Positions 25,141 to 37,692 of a stretch of DNA of 64,000 bases are shown here, one piece after another. Both the position numbers and the translations under genes were made by a program. How positions within the stretch are numbered: the first letter of the stretch is position 1; each line of letters opens with the position of its first letter. The notes below the pieces were generated by a model. It did no database searches, had not been told where the DNA came from, and saw only the letters and a program-made list of their open reading frames with translations. This stretch comes from Octopus bimaculoides. Its lineage: Eukaryota. The DNA is taken from NCBI RefSeq assembly GCF_001194135.2, contig NC_069002.1, positions 17,009,423 to 17,073,422 of the forward strand. Reading direction: 5' to 3'.

Positions 25141-25539
25141 ATCATTCAACCACGGTAGTGGTTGAATATATTCTTAAGTCCACCATTTCGTCAATTGCAG
25201 CAGTTTCCAAGCTTCACCACTAATTCAGTTTTCAACTAAATTGCAAATTGTTAATAGTCTTAAAGAGGACACTTCCTCAGCTACACTTTCACATAAATAG
25301 TTTGAGATTTGGTTCAGTAGAAAAAAAGTTACATCAAAATATCTGCGACCTCAAGGAGTGGGGCAGTAAGGCACCTATTCACCTTCAATTAACATAAACT
25401 TTTTAATTTTAAATTAAAAGTATACCTTTCTTAGGCTTAAATGATAGAAAAATGCATGAGGAATTCAGACTCACTAGTCGCATTGAAAAAAATTTAGTAG
25501 AAAAAGAGTTATGAGGTTAAATGTTACGAAATTTCCTGT

Positions 25540-25692
25540 CAGTTGTTGTTGGCACTCCGTCGCTTACGACGTCGAGGGTTCCAGTTGATCCGATCAACGG
25601 AACAGCCTGCTCGTGAAATTAATGTGCAAGTGGCTGAGCACTCCACAGACACGTGTACTCATAACGTATTTCTCGGGGATATTCAGCGTGAC
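25540..25692. mobile_element. SINE-like repeat body, truncated by a gap
   Basis: CpG-rich ggcactccgtcgcttacgacgtcgagggttccagttgatccgatcaacggaacagcctgctcgtg. I recall this as a common octopus repeat; not verified here. Confidence 0.5.
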
Positions 25693-26418
25693 NNNNNNNN
25701 NNNNNNNNNNNNNNNNNNNNNNNNNNNNNNNNNNNNNNNNNNNNNNNNNNNNNNNNNNNNNNNNNNNNNNNNNNNNNNNNNNNNNNNNNNNNNNNNNNNN
25801 NNNNNNNNNNNNNNNNNNNNNNNNNNNNNNNNNNNNNNNNNNNNNNNNNNNNNNNNNNNNNNNNNNNNNNNNNNNNNNNNNNNNNNNNNNNNNNNNNNNN
25901 NNNNNNNNNNNNNNNNNNNNNNNNNNNNNNNNNNNNNNNNNNNNNNNNNNNNNNNNNNNNNNNNNNNNNNNNNNNNNNNNNNNNNNNNNNNNNNNNNNNN
26001 NNNNNNNNNNNNNNNNNNNNNNNNNNNNNNNNNNNNNNNNNNNNNNNNNNNNNNNNNNNNNNNNNNNNNNNNNNNNNNNNNNNNNNNNNNNNNNNNNNNN
26101 NNNNNNNNNNNNNNNNNNNNNNNNNNNNNNNNNNNNNNNNNNNNNNNNNNNNNNNNNNNNNNNNNNNNNNNNNNNNNNNNNNNNNNNNNNNNNNNNNNNN
26201 NNNNNNNNNNNNNNNNNNNNNNNNNNNNNNNNNNNNNNNNNNNNNNNNNNNNNNNNNNNNNNNNNNNNNNNNNNNNNNNNNNNNNNNNNNNNNNNNNNNN
26301 NNNNNNNNNNNNNNNNNNNNNNNNNNNNNNNNNNNNNNNNNNNNNNNNNNNNNNNNNNNNNNNNNNNNNNNNNNNNNNNNNNNNNNNNNNNNNNNNNNNN
26401 NNNNNNNNNNNNNNNNNC

Positions 26419-26700
26419 AACATCATCTATTGCATCTCCTGCTGTCTCTGCCATTCTCTGTACATCGGACAAACGGGGCGCCGCCTGACCAACCGATTCG
26501 CGGAACACCTCTGAGACATCCGCCTTGGCAATGACACCCCGGTGTCAAGCCATTTCCGCTCTACCGGTCATTCCTTGCAGCAACACCTGTCCGTGTTTGG
26601 ACTGTCCGTGTTTGTGCCATGAACAGGGATTAATCTTCTCTCTTCGCTCCTTTGCTCCACATGGACTCAACTCTCCTCCCCTCTTCATCTAACCGGAAGT
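26419..26700 (+). mobile_element. Penelope-like element GIY-YIG fragment
   Basis: NIIYCISCCLCHSLYIGQTGRRLTNRFAEHL*DIRLGNDTPVSSHF. Confidence 0.85.
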
Positions 26701-26719
26701 GACTGGAAGATGTGTGTGG

Positions 26720-29154
26720 GATTGTGAGATTAAGCCTTAAGACAGGAAGGAAGGAGGAGGAAATAGTTAAGGGAGAAATGAAGGTAGTAGTGCAAGTAGT
26801 AGGCTATAAATAGATGAATAGATGAAGATGTGTAAGATATTGTTATACGGACAGGAGGGAAGGAAGAAGGAAAGAGAGCGAAGGAGAGAAGATAGGGGTG
26901 AAAGTATAAGGGTTGTAAAGAAATGGATAGGTGGAGAAAGGGCGTGTAAAGAAATAAAGTGAAGTAGGAAAGGGAGGCAGTTACAGTTGTGTTCAGTGTC
27001 AGGATAGAAAGGAACCGGTAGGGGGTAGTGGTGTTGGTAGGGTTCGAAAAATAGTAATAAAAAGAAAAAATGTATAATAAGAGAGAAAGGTGTTAATATT
27101 CTATAAATAGAGCTGAATTTATTTGAAGGATTATAGTGGGGAAACTTAAGAGCTAACTAATAAAAGAACATATATACTTATACATATAATTACAAGCGTG
27201 AATCAAGTTGGTTGGGGTTACCTATGGGGATTGTGGGAGTGCGTTGTGTGGTCATTTATGCATTTGTGTTTGTGATAGAATTTGAATGTATGGAAGAAGC
27301 AGTGATTACAGGTGCTAAGTGCTTCGTTATATCTATTAAGTAGTGTAGGAGAATTGTATTTTAAAATATGGAATGCCTCCGTCAAGCAAAGTTTGCAATT
27401 AGAGTGCTGGCCTTGATATGGAATTCCTGAGTCCAAAATGGACCGTGTTAGAGTATACTGGGTATTTGTGTTTTTGAGGTGGTGAATGTGGTTGGCTAGT
27501 GTTGTAAATTTGCTGTGCTTGTCATATCTAAAAGAGTGAAGGTGAGCTGCATAGCGTTGCTTGAAATTTTTAGTTGAACCTATGTATGAAGCTGTAGAGT
27601 TATGTAGTAGATTGGCGACAGTGCATTTGTATATTATGTTGTATCTAACGCAATGTGTTTGTAGTGGGCAGATTGTCCCGGAGCGACAGTCACAAGTAGA
27701 TGAAGCTTCGGAGTTGTGTTCTGTGGTGGATGAGGTGATATTGTCGGAGGATAGGTTATATGAGGATGCAGAGGAATCTAGATCAATGCAATCGTTATTG
27801 TTATAGTCATTATTACCTCTATTCTTATTATTAGAAGATATAGTAGTAATATTTCGGGGTATACTAGTGGGCTGGGATATATTATGGTCGTGTTCAAGTG
27901 TACGAGTATCCGTGCTAGATGCACGTGTGTGAATGTCTATGTTGGGTATATGCGGGCGCTAAGTGCTAGTATTACCATAGTTATAATTACGTGAGTTTTG
28001 ATAATAGAGTGAGAGTTTATGCTTATTAGAAGTTGCTATAATAGATTCGAAGCTAGGAGTGGTTGAATAAGATAATTTCAAAGTGGGTCTGTTAAATATA
28101 GAATGCTATTTATGTTGTCGGGGGAAGTTTGAGTCAAGTATTTTGAAGAAAGATTTAGCTAAGTTCTTAGTGTTAAGTGAGAATGGTGGGGTGTACCACA
28201 GTATAGAGCGGCCGCCGCCTTTTTGGGGGGTTCTGTGTAAATCATAATCTAAGTACTTTCATAGAGAAGTGCTATCTACATTTTTCGTGTTGCTAATTGT
28301 TTTATTTATCTTGGATTTAGACCTAGTGCTATAGATGTGTTTGTGAGGTCTGTTGGAGAGTGTGGGGGGGTTGGTTGCAGTTGTGATGATTGGTATGTCT
28401 TTGGGATGTGATTTGGGATATAAGTTGTTTAAATCTGGTGTTATGGATGTATTTTATTTGTTGGGAGAAACCACTAGCGGCAAGAGCTTGATTGTAGTAT
28501 GGTGCGTGATTGTTGAAGATTTCCTTGGAAGAGGATAGATCAGATATGCGGGTTGAAATACCCTTGACTATGTTATTGAAAGTAGATTTGTGGTGATTGG
28601 AGTGTACGTTGAGGTATTTCAGGTATTGGTTAGGTTTATGATAGGGGGAGTATTGTGAGTTTGATAAGTTTAGAGTAACATCTAGAAAGTTAGCCGTTTT
28701 ATATGCGTTTTCAAATGTGATGGATAGATTTAGATTAGAGAAGAATTTGTGTAGATCTTTTCTAGTCCTTTCCAGAGAAGATTTATTAATGGCCTTGGTA
28801 AGTAGTAACGCGTCGTCCCTATACAGACCTCCTCGGATTTTAGGGAAATGTGAGCGCAGTTGGTGAAGTATATATAACCCAACTAAATCAGTGGCCTGAG
28901 CGGAATCAGATGATCCCATGGTTATATCGAATAAGTTGTTACAGTTATTATTATGTTGGTTAGCTCGGCACCAGAGTTTGTTTTCGAAGGATATAAGTGT
29001 TTTGCGTGCATTAAGTATTATGTTGATTTCTAGTGGGGTTATGTTAGTAAAGTTCCTAGCGAAAAGAATAGCCTTATTTAGAAGTTTAGGAGAGATAGAG
29101 GAGTAGTAGTTATTTATGTCGAATTGAAGGAATGAAAATGAGTTTTTGTTATCT
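26720..29154 (-). mobile_element. Penelope-like element: RT, linker and C-terminal GIY-YIG, lightly decayed
   Basis: RT: FDINNYYSSI, FDITMGSSDSAQ..LVG, GLYRDD, NFLDVTL, YHKPNQ. Thumb: ILWYTPPFS...FN...LKLSYS. EN: CDCRSGTICPL..C..NIIY...YIGST.NFKQR...CKLCLTE...LLNR..E...C.H. Confidence 0.9.
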
Positions 29155-30042
29155 NNNNNNNNNNNNNNNNNNNNNNNNNNNNNNNNNNNNNNNNNNNNNN
29201 NNNNNNNNNNNNNNNNNNNNNNNNNNNNNNNNNNNNNNNNNNNNNNNNNNNNNNNNNNNNNNNNNNNNNNNNNNNNNNNNNNNNNNNNNNNNNNNNNNNN
29301 NNNNNNNNNNNNNNNNNNNNNNNNNNNNNNNNNNNNNNNNNNNNNNNNNNNNNNNNNNNNNNNNNNNNNNNNNNNNNNNNNNNNNNNNNNNNNNNNNNNN
29401 NNNNNNNNNNNNNNNNNNNNNNNNNNNNNNNNNNNNNNNNNNNNNNNNNNNNNNNNNNNNNNNNNNNNNNNNNNNNNNNNNNNNNNNNNNNNNNNNNNNN
29501 NNNNNNNNNNNNNNNNNNNNNNNNNNNNNNNNNNNNNNNNNNNNNNNNNNNNNNNNNNNNNNNNNNNNNNNNNNNNNNNNNNNNNNNNNNNNNNNNNNNN
29601 NNNNNNNNNNNNNNNNNNNNNNNNNNNNNNNNNNNNNNNNNNNNNNNNNNNNNNNNNNNNNNNNNNNNNNNNNNNNNNNNNNNNNNNNNNNNNNNNNNNN
29701 NNNNNNNNNNNNNNNNNNNNNNNNNNNNNNNNNNNNNNNNNNNNNNNNNNNNNNNNNNNNNNNNNNNNNNNNNNNNNNNNNNNNNNNNNNNNNNNNNNNN
29801 NNNNNNNNNNNNNNNNNNNNNNNNNNNNNNNNNNNNNNNNNNNNNNNNNNNNNNNNNNNNNNNNNNNNNNNNNNNNNNNNNNNNNNNNNNNNNNNNNNNN
29901 NNNNNNNNNNNNNNNNNNNNNNNNNNNNNNNNNNNNNNNNNNNNNNNNNNNNNNNNNNNNNNNNNNNNNNNNNNNNNNNNNNNNNNNNNNNNNNNNNNNN
30001 NNNNNNNNNNNNNNNNNNNNNNNNNNTATATATATATATATA

Positions 30043-30144
30043 GGCGCAGGAGTGGCTGTGTGGTAAGTAGCTTGCTTACCAACCACATGGTTCTGGATTC
30101 AGTCCCACTGCGTGGCACCCCCTGGGCAAGTGTCTTCTACTATA
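30043..30144 (+). mobile_element. tRNA-derived SINE family A, 5' part
   Basis: ggcgcaggagtggctgtgtggtaag...ggattcagtccc...tgggcaagtgtcttctactata. Confidence 0.85.
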
Positions 30145-31599
30145 AAACCATGGATATCAACAAGTTCCACAAAGCAAGAAAGGGTATTAGAAGCATATTA
30201 ACAGAGTAAGCAGTGATGTGTATAAATGTAATGTTATTATCAGTTAGAATATGCCAGTGGCAAGTTCAAATTCGTAAACAAGCTACTCATTGTGTTTTGC
30301 TATGGACAAAATTTCTAGCTGTAGACAAATGGTGTAAATACACGTAAATCAGCTTGCAGCACCACAGCCTGGATAGGTCAGAGCTGACTACTAGTACAAG
30401 GTGTAGATTTTTTACAGAAGCTATTTATACAAATGTTGCAAAAAACTATGGAAGGCCAGACAGGCATATTGAACAAGCTTGTCATAGCACAAGCAAATCT
30501 TGTGAACAAGAACAAAAACACTGCTTCAGTAGAGAAAGGGCCATAGCTTACCTGAATATTGCAAACAAATTGTACACAAGCTAGCTGAATTAATTCCTTC
30601 AAGATCATTGTAAGTCTAACAATATAATCATTGATAAGCAAACAGGTAGAAAGAAACTGAATAATTCCTAGTAAATAAAACTGTACTCTCCAAAGAAAAG
30701 CTTGCAGCAACCTTGTTACAGAACGGCTTGATTATTCCATTCCCTACTCATAACTACTGACGTCACTCCAGCTGGCAACAGTGTCTGTTGCCTTCAAAAG
30801 GCTCATAAAGACTAGGCCCACAATCCTCACACCTGTACCTGAAATCACCTGTACCTGAAATCACACCTGTACCTGAAAATGGAACAATTATCTCTGATGG
30901 TATATTCCAACAAGAATATTCCAAGGTGACAATCTGAGGTTCTTTTTTATTTTAGCCTTAAATCCACTGTCATTTCTTCTATGAACATCTTTTTGGTTAT
31001 GTCCTAATGTCTACAACAGCAAAAAATACTAATATAAACCATAATTTCTTTGTGGATGTTCTAAAGATCTATGCCTGAAATATTTACAATGCTGAAAAAC
31101 AGCTGGATTTAATCCCATATTCCACTGACATATAAAGTTTGATCAAAAGAAAACTTTATATTTAACAAATGAATGTAGTAAAACTGTTCTCCAAACACCA
31201 AATTTTGCATCATTTGGTAAAAAAAGTTCCCACAGCTTAAGCAGTAAACGTTTTCACCTTTTTAAATGAATGGAGTAACAGACCCTAACAACATCTCATG
31301 CTGTTGTTAATAAATAATGAATTCTAAGAAAAGTATGAATGGCAAAAAAAAAAAAGATTGACTTATCCATTGAGAAAAGCAAGTGAACTAGCTGGTAATA
31401 GATCCAATGTCACAATACACCCATTCAGTTTAATTTAAAAGATGTTTCAAACTTGTCACTGCATGCCATTTCAGACAATGCACATTCCAATTTTTGTTAT
31501 TAAATGTGTAGCAAATCCTTCATTGCAATCATCATCATCATTATCACCACCACCACCACCACCACATATCCTCAGTAATCAAAAAGTTTATGTCTCACT

Positions 31600-31800
31600 G
31601 CCATATAGATAGCAAAGTTGTTTGTACACAAGCATCATACAATCTGCCTTTCGCTCAGAAGGAGAGGCCCTTCATTACTAACAGAGGTAGCAGCTCTCAG
31701 AACTTTGCCCAGCTTATTCTTATTCTAGCGGCTATGCTTTCAGAACAACCGCCATCACTGCTAACTTGGTCACCTAAGTTAGAAACTGTCCACTACTTCT
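31600..31800 (-). mobile_element. RTE LINE RT C-terminal fragment
   Basis: Reverse complement of the 47420-47620 region of the RTE copy. Confidence 0.75.
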
Positions 31801-32010
31801 AAGTATCCCCACTGACATTTGAGGGAGTCGATTTTTTGTACATTCATGGTGTTTAATGAAAAGAAAATTAGGAAAATCAAAAAAAAAGTTGTTTCTAAAG
31901 CCTTATAAAATCATGGTTTCATTTTTTATTTGTTTTGGCCCACAAGGGCGTAAAAACATTTCAATCAGGTCCTCCTCCAAAAAGGTTTTACCAACCTCCT
32001 GTTCTACATT

Positions 32011-32016
32011 TTTATT
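32011..32016 (-). terminator. Candidate TAF1B polyadenylation signal AATAAA
   Basis: tttatt on the + strand, 22 nt past the stop codon. A second copy is at 31925-31930. Confidence 0.4.
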
Positions 32017-32037
32017 TTTGTTGATTCACTGGCTTCT

Positions 32038-32696
32038 TCATTTCTTAAAATACTGATAAATATTTAAAAATGAACCCTTTCTGGATTTAGAATAGGGTTG
32101 CAATTTAAGAAGGTATTCAAGGTTACAGACTTGATTGTTGAGAGCATGCTTATTTTCTTCAATGAGATAACTACAAACTGAAACCAACCATTGGTAAGTC
32201 CGATCTGTGTAGTCTGTAAATGTTATATTGTCGGCTGGTAAATATGTGTTGTTGATGTTGAGTGACTCTAATTTCATTTGTAAGTATTTGCATTCGTTTG
32301 TATCTATTGATCTTCTCCTGCCTTGTTTCAGAGTGTTTGCCACAACTTTGCAAGCAAGTAGTCGAGGTTTCTTCTGGACAGGTCCAGTAGTGAAAAGATC
32401 CATCTGACTGGACAGAATCTCAGTATCAGCATCACTGCTTTCATATTCTGTTGCTGACTGAATGGTAGAGTCTGATAATTTGTAACGGTTTTGGTGAAGA
32501 AAGTCTTTGGGTTGTGTTCTGTAAGTGATGGAGCATTGCCGAAATTTTGATTTGTGATTAACAGGAACACTGAAAGAGTCTGAGGAAAGAGGAAGATCTT
32601 TTGAAATGCTGGAATCCAGTTCAGGGATTGACTCTTTCCAGTAGTCAGCAATATTGATGAAAAGACTATTTATAGACTCGTGCAGACTTGTTTTCT
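32038..32696 (-). CDS. TAF1B: TAF1B terminal coding exon L (Ser-rich linker plus C-terminal YTDRTYQWLVSVCSYLIEENKHALNNQVCNLEYLL...FKK, stop TGA)
   Basis: Acceptor ttttctttttcttacag, then an uninterrupted 219-codon frame that includes track ORF 32038..32403. The C-terminus matches human YSLSYQFILNLFSFLLR...EEVSLVE. Confidence 0.88.
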
Positions 32697-33045
32697 CTGT
32701 AAGAAAAAGAAAAAAGACTTAGAGAATGAGATTACAAGGAAAGGTGAAATAAAAATTTAAAATGGTACAGATATGGTTGTGTCGTTAAGAAGTTCACTTA
32801 GCAACCACAAAGCTCAGAGTTTGAGCCTATTATGCAGTACCTTGGGTATACCTTCTACTACAGTCAGGAATTCACCAAAGTTTTGTGATTTTAATTTGGA
32901 AGATGTAAATTGCTGTCGCAATATTTTTAGCATATTCTTTACAACTGGATATCCTTCCTATCACCAACCACTTTACAGTTTGGACCGGGTACATGGTCAA
33001 CTGAAGTTGTCTGCAAAAGCATTAAAGAGTCTGATCTATTTTTCT

Positions 33046-33437
33046 ATTTACTCTTTTACTTGTTTCAGTCATTTGACGGTGGCCATGCTGGAGCACCGCC
33101 TTTAGTCGAGTAAATCGACCCCAGGACTTATTCTTTGGATGCCTAGTACTTATTCTAATGGTCTCTTTTGCCAAACCGCTAAGTTACGGGGATGTAAAGA
33201 CACCACCATCGGTTGTCAAGTGATGTTGGGGGGACAAACACAGACACACATACATATATATATACATATATACGACAAGCTTCTTTCAGTTTCTGTCTAC
33301 CAAATCCACTCAGAAGGCTTTGGTTGGCCCAAGGCTATAGTAGAAGACACTTGCCCAAGGTGTCATGCAGTGGGAATGAACCCGGAACCATGTGGTTGGT
33401 AGGCAAGCTAACTTACCACACAGCCACTCCTGCGCCT
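33046..33437 (-). mobile_element. SINE family A, full length (TAF1B intron K-L)
   Basis: Head, central (TA/TG)n and the tail gtcaaatgactgaaacaagtaaaagag are all present in reverse orientation. Confidence 0.9.
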
Positions 33438-33717
33438 ATGTTTGTTTATTATTTAAAATTAATATTTTCTATCATAATTTTCACATAAAAACAAAACACC
33501 AGTTTAATGAAGAAAAGAGTTCACTATTTTACTAGATCTGGAATGTTTTCAAAATTAACTGAAATATAAAGGCAATGTGTCTCCCTTGTAAGACTGCAAC
33601 AAAAGAGTTTAATGAGATGCAGCTTCAGCATCAAAAAGCCATTTTAACCATTTAGAGACTCACTAAAATTTTACATTCACTTTACATTTATTTCTTGGAG
33701 TGCCAAAATATTCATAC

Positions 33718-33868
33718 CCACTACACTCTCTGAGTGGTTGGCGTTAGGAAGGGCATCCAGCTGTAGAAACTCTGCCAAATCAGATTTGAGCCTGGTGTAG
33801 CCATCTGGTTTCACCAGTCCTCAGTCAAATCGTCCAACCCATGCTAGCATGGAAAGTGGACGTTAAAC

Positions 33869-33905
<37 letters not shown>
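33718..33905 (+). mobile_element. RTE LINE 3' tail with (GAT)n end
   Basis: actacactctctgagtggttggcgttaggaagggcatccag...cgttaaacgatgatgat. Other copies at 44600-44940 (+), 58143-58460 (-) and 63480-63707 (-); diverged copies at 4795-4970, 36845-37010, 46020-46200 and 55800-56000 (-) and 57100-57260 (+). Confidence 0.85.
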
Positions 33906-33906
<1 letters not shown>

Positions 33907-34374
33907 CCACTGCAACCTGATCACTTATTGAGTTTCACTTCAACTCAAACAGTTGGGTTTTATGTAATGGCTAAAATGGATATTCCACAATATAATTGCT
34001 TTGTTTTCGAAATATGGTCTCAAATGAAGTCACTTGCCAGACAAGTACAATTTTAATTTAATTAGATGTTTTCTCACTCTTGTTCAATTTACTGAATTAT
34101 GAAAGAAAAAATTACAATCATTTTGGTTAATTCTCTCTCTCTACACACACACATAATGCTAATATACATATATTTGCTTCAACATTTCCATGATCTAGAG
34201 GTGCCAAGGGTCAAATATTATAAAGGTCATTACTTTATGAACCAGCACAACAAGAGGCAATCAAATCTCCCTCAAATCACACCCTACTGTCTTAATGTAG
34301 TTATGAATAGGCTATAAATAGACAGGGTGTTCATGGTTGGAATGCCTTTAATCATAGTAGGTCAGTCTCTTTAA

Positions 34375-34564
34375 CCCTTTTGCATTTTCCATCTGTTTTA
34401 TGTTCAAACTGACCAGATCCAGGCTCTCACACCTACCCTACAATGTTATTCTACATTAAACAATCACACCATCAAAATCTCAAAGATATGAGATAATGTA
34501 TGATTAATTCAAAACAATGTGAATCAATAAGCATTATGTTTGATAGAACAATCAAACTAAAGGA
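34375..34564. mobile_element. piggyBac-type MITE
   Basis: TTAA flanks and CCCTTT..AAAGGA termini. It is an inverted homologue of 52170-52390. Confidence 0.75.
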
Positions 34565-34629
34565 TTAATCAAGTTTGATCTCGGTCTAAACAAGAACAAT
34601 AAAAGAAACTGGAAAAACTTGAAACTCAC

Positions 34630-34721
34630 TCTTTGTGTTGACAGATATCCGAGTTTTATAACAAGATGTTTCTTTGCAGTGATCCAAAAACTGTTCTAAA
34701 TCTTGGATGACAGTTGTAGCA
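34630..34721 (-). CDS. TAF1B: TAF1B coding exon K: ATTVIQDLEQFLDHCKETSCYKTRISVNTK
   Basis: Acceptor tttttttgtttcttttag, donor gtgagt. 92 nt; phase 2 in and phase 1 out, fitting both neighbours. Confidence 0.82.
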
Positions 34722-35394
34722 CTAAAAGAAACAAAAAAATCATTGAAGGTTATCTAAAAAGTGAGGCATAATTACAGCAAACTAAGTGGCTTGTTGTTGT
34801 TTAGTTCACCAGGTCAACCTTGGTCAAACAGACCTATGGACGAAAACACTCCACTCAAGACCAATCCATTGTTTTTCCTATGTACAGTAGGGAACTCAGG
34901 ACTACATTATTCAATGTATCCTTTTCCTAGAGAGTAACATGTGAGTTAAGAGTGATTTAGCTGGAATATGTAACAGAAAGAGTGAACTCATAGGGGCTCC
35001 TTCACAAGGTAACAAACAAAATAGCAACAACAAAAAAATAAAAGTTATATTTGAGGGTCAAGTGCATTTGGGTTTAATAAACTGAAATGCCAACCACACA
35101 ACTATAAATTCAAACCTTACTACTACTGTGGAACAAGGGAAGGAAAACCTCTACATGGTAACTCAACATGCTAGAAGTAACAGCTAAATGTCCACCCTAC
35201 TACCTTAAAAAAGGGAATGACATATTTTAACAATATGGATCTAATTACACAATGTCTGGGGGAAAAAAGATGGGATGGTCATGGTTCGACTACCTTTGAT
35301 TGGGGACCTTTCCAATCAGAGCTGAATAGAGACTAAACAACAAGACATAACTATGTTAACTAATAAGAAAACCTCTAGGCAGTTGCTCAATTTA

Positions 35395-35550
35395 TAGGAA
35401 AAGTGGTAAGTAGCTTGCTTACGAACCACATGGTTCCGGGTTCAGTCCCACTGTGTGGCATCTTGGGCAAGTGTCTTCTACTATAGCCTCGGGCTGACCA
35501 AGGCCTTGTGAGTGGATTTGGTAGACGGAAACTGAAAGAAGCCCGTCGTA

Positions 35551-35583
<33 letters not shown>

Positions 35584-35751
35584 NNNNNNNNNNNNNNNNN
35601 NNNNNNNNNNNNNNNNNNNNNNNNNNNNNNNNNNNNNNNNNNNNNNNNNNNNNNNNNNNNNNNNNNNNNNNNNNNNNNNNNNNNNNNNNNNNNNNNNNNN
35701 NNNNNNNNNNNNNNNNNNNNNNNNNNNNNNNNNNNNNNNNAGCCCGTCGTA

Positions 35752-35816
<65 letters not shown>

Positions 35817-36026
35817 CTTTGTGTGTCTGTGTTTGTCCCCCCAGCATCGCTTGACAACCAATGCTGGTGTGTTTACGTCCCCGTAACTTAGTGGTTCGGC
35901 AAAAGAGACCGATAGAATAAGTACTAGGCTTACAAAAAATAAGTCCTGGAGTCGATTTGCTCGACTAAAGGCGGTGTTCCAGCATGGCCACAGTCAAATG
36001 ACTGAAACAAGTAAAAGAGTAAAGAG
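35395..36026 (+). mobile_element. SINE family A, near full length with internal N gap (TAF1B intron J-K)
   Basis: Same head, body and tail as 33046-33437 but in the opposite orientation. Confidence 0.9.
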
Positions 36027-36633
36027 TATCTCAAATCATACCTTATTATTTATTTTTAAAAATCTCACTGGACAATGTAGTCATTTGAGTTATATAATTT
36101 TACAGAATGGTCATAACTGGAGTGATCTGGATTGACCAAGGACAACAATAAAACATGCAACTGTTTGTTCCAGTTCATTGAATTGACATATAAAACAAAT
36201 TTCACTTTTTAACAACAAGACTGATTAACTACGAGTCTTTCAAGTATCATTATTATATCAATGAAGACCATTTAATTGTTAAGACCATTTGTTGGGTCTA
36301 ACTTTCACAGAAGTCTTATTATTGATTTCTAGTGATAGGAGGTGAAACTTGTAGTCAAAGAATGCACAGAACAAAATAGATATTACGAGCATCCCATCCA
36401 AAACTCTCAGTTCCACCAATTCATCCTACCCTAGATTGGTAATATTTTTTTTATCAACAACTACAAAAGCTGAAAGAACAAAGTTGATATTTGGATCCAG
36501 AGTACAGAGAGTCAGAACAAATCTGGTACAGAGGGGAGAAGAGCAGAAAAAGATGAAAAAGAAAACATTAGAAGACTGGAGGAGGAGTTAAGGTGATACA
36601 CAGAAGAAAACTGAGTGAAATAAGTTCCCTTAC

Positions 36634-36724
36634 CATGGTTTGTGGGTTTCTCGTTGCAGTTTCAAATTGTTTGCAATTGCAGTCATGTGATTCGCCCAGT
36701 TTTCCCAAATAAATATATCATCAT
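36634..36724 (-). CDS. TAF1B: TAF1B coding exon J: DDIFIWENWANHMTAIANNLKLQRETHKP
   Basis: Acceptor ttcaaattttcag, donor gtaagg. Matches human WFDFRKWYQIM. 91 nt. The 5' boundary is ambiguous because of a competing acceptor at 36755-36756. Confidence 0.78.
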
Positions 36725-37692
36725 CTGAAAATTTGAAAACAAGTTTAAATGTCTCTAAAAAAAACAGAGCATTAGATGTCAAGTGTGAGGGTGGAGTGTG
36801 TGCAATGTGGGGTGTTGATTGTTTAACCCCAAGTCAGACCTGATCATTATCATCATTTAATGTCTACTTTCCATGCTGGCATGGGTTTGACGGTTTGACA
36901 TGGAGCTGGCTAGCAAGGAACTATCCAGACTCCTGTCTGTTGTGGCATTCCCTTCCTAATGCTACCCTCTTAACAGGATGTAATGAGTACACTTTATGTG
37001 CCTCCAGCAAAAAAATTTCAAATTTCCCCTCTCTCTCTCTCTCTGTACGCAAACACACACACATACACATTGTATTGTATCTCTAAAAATGAAGTTAATC
37101 TTCAAGACACTTTAAGTATTTCAAAACCCTTACCTTCTATTAGTTTGGCATATTCGGCAGCAAAACTGGACATTTTCCTAAATTTGATGTGAGAAAAAAG
37201 AAAATAAACAATTATTCAACAATCTGAAAGTCAGAACCCTTCTTCCTTGTGGTGGCCACAGAGTGATAGTGAAAGGATTGGAGACCCCAATGAAAACACT
37301 CATCTTTTAGCTTCTTTACATCGGCTCTGAGTGTGAGAGAGAGAGAGAGTCTAGCATATCATCATAAGCACCATTTAAGTGAAAGGCCAATATTGTTCAC
37401 TCTCTCCCCAGTGAACAAATGTTCCATAGTACAGCAGACATGTGACAACTGGTGGAATGAAAAAGGGCCTTACTTGGAAAACAATAAGGACTGGCAACAG
37501 TAAGAGCATGTGGCCACACAAAATCTGCCTTAATAAAGTTTCACTTAAGCCATGCCAGCATGGAAAATAAGTGGACATAAAAATAATGATAATGATGAAC
37601 AATTGAAGAAAATTAGTGTATAGAGTATGCTCATAGATAAACTGCAAAACTAGGAAAGCAGTCTATAGAGTAAGGTAAACAGAGGGACAGTG

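Noticed and set aside
8700-30100. Unistrand piRNA-cluster-like TE orientation bias
   Set aside because: Fragments occur on both strands (L1, RLE, CR1 and one PLE minus; LTR, mariner, RTE and two PLE fragments plus).
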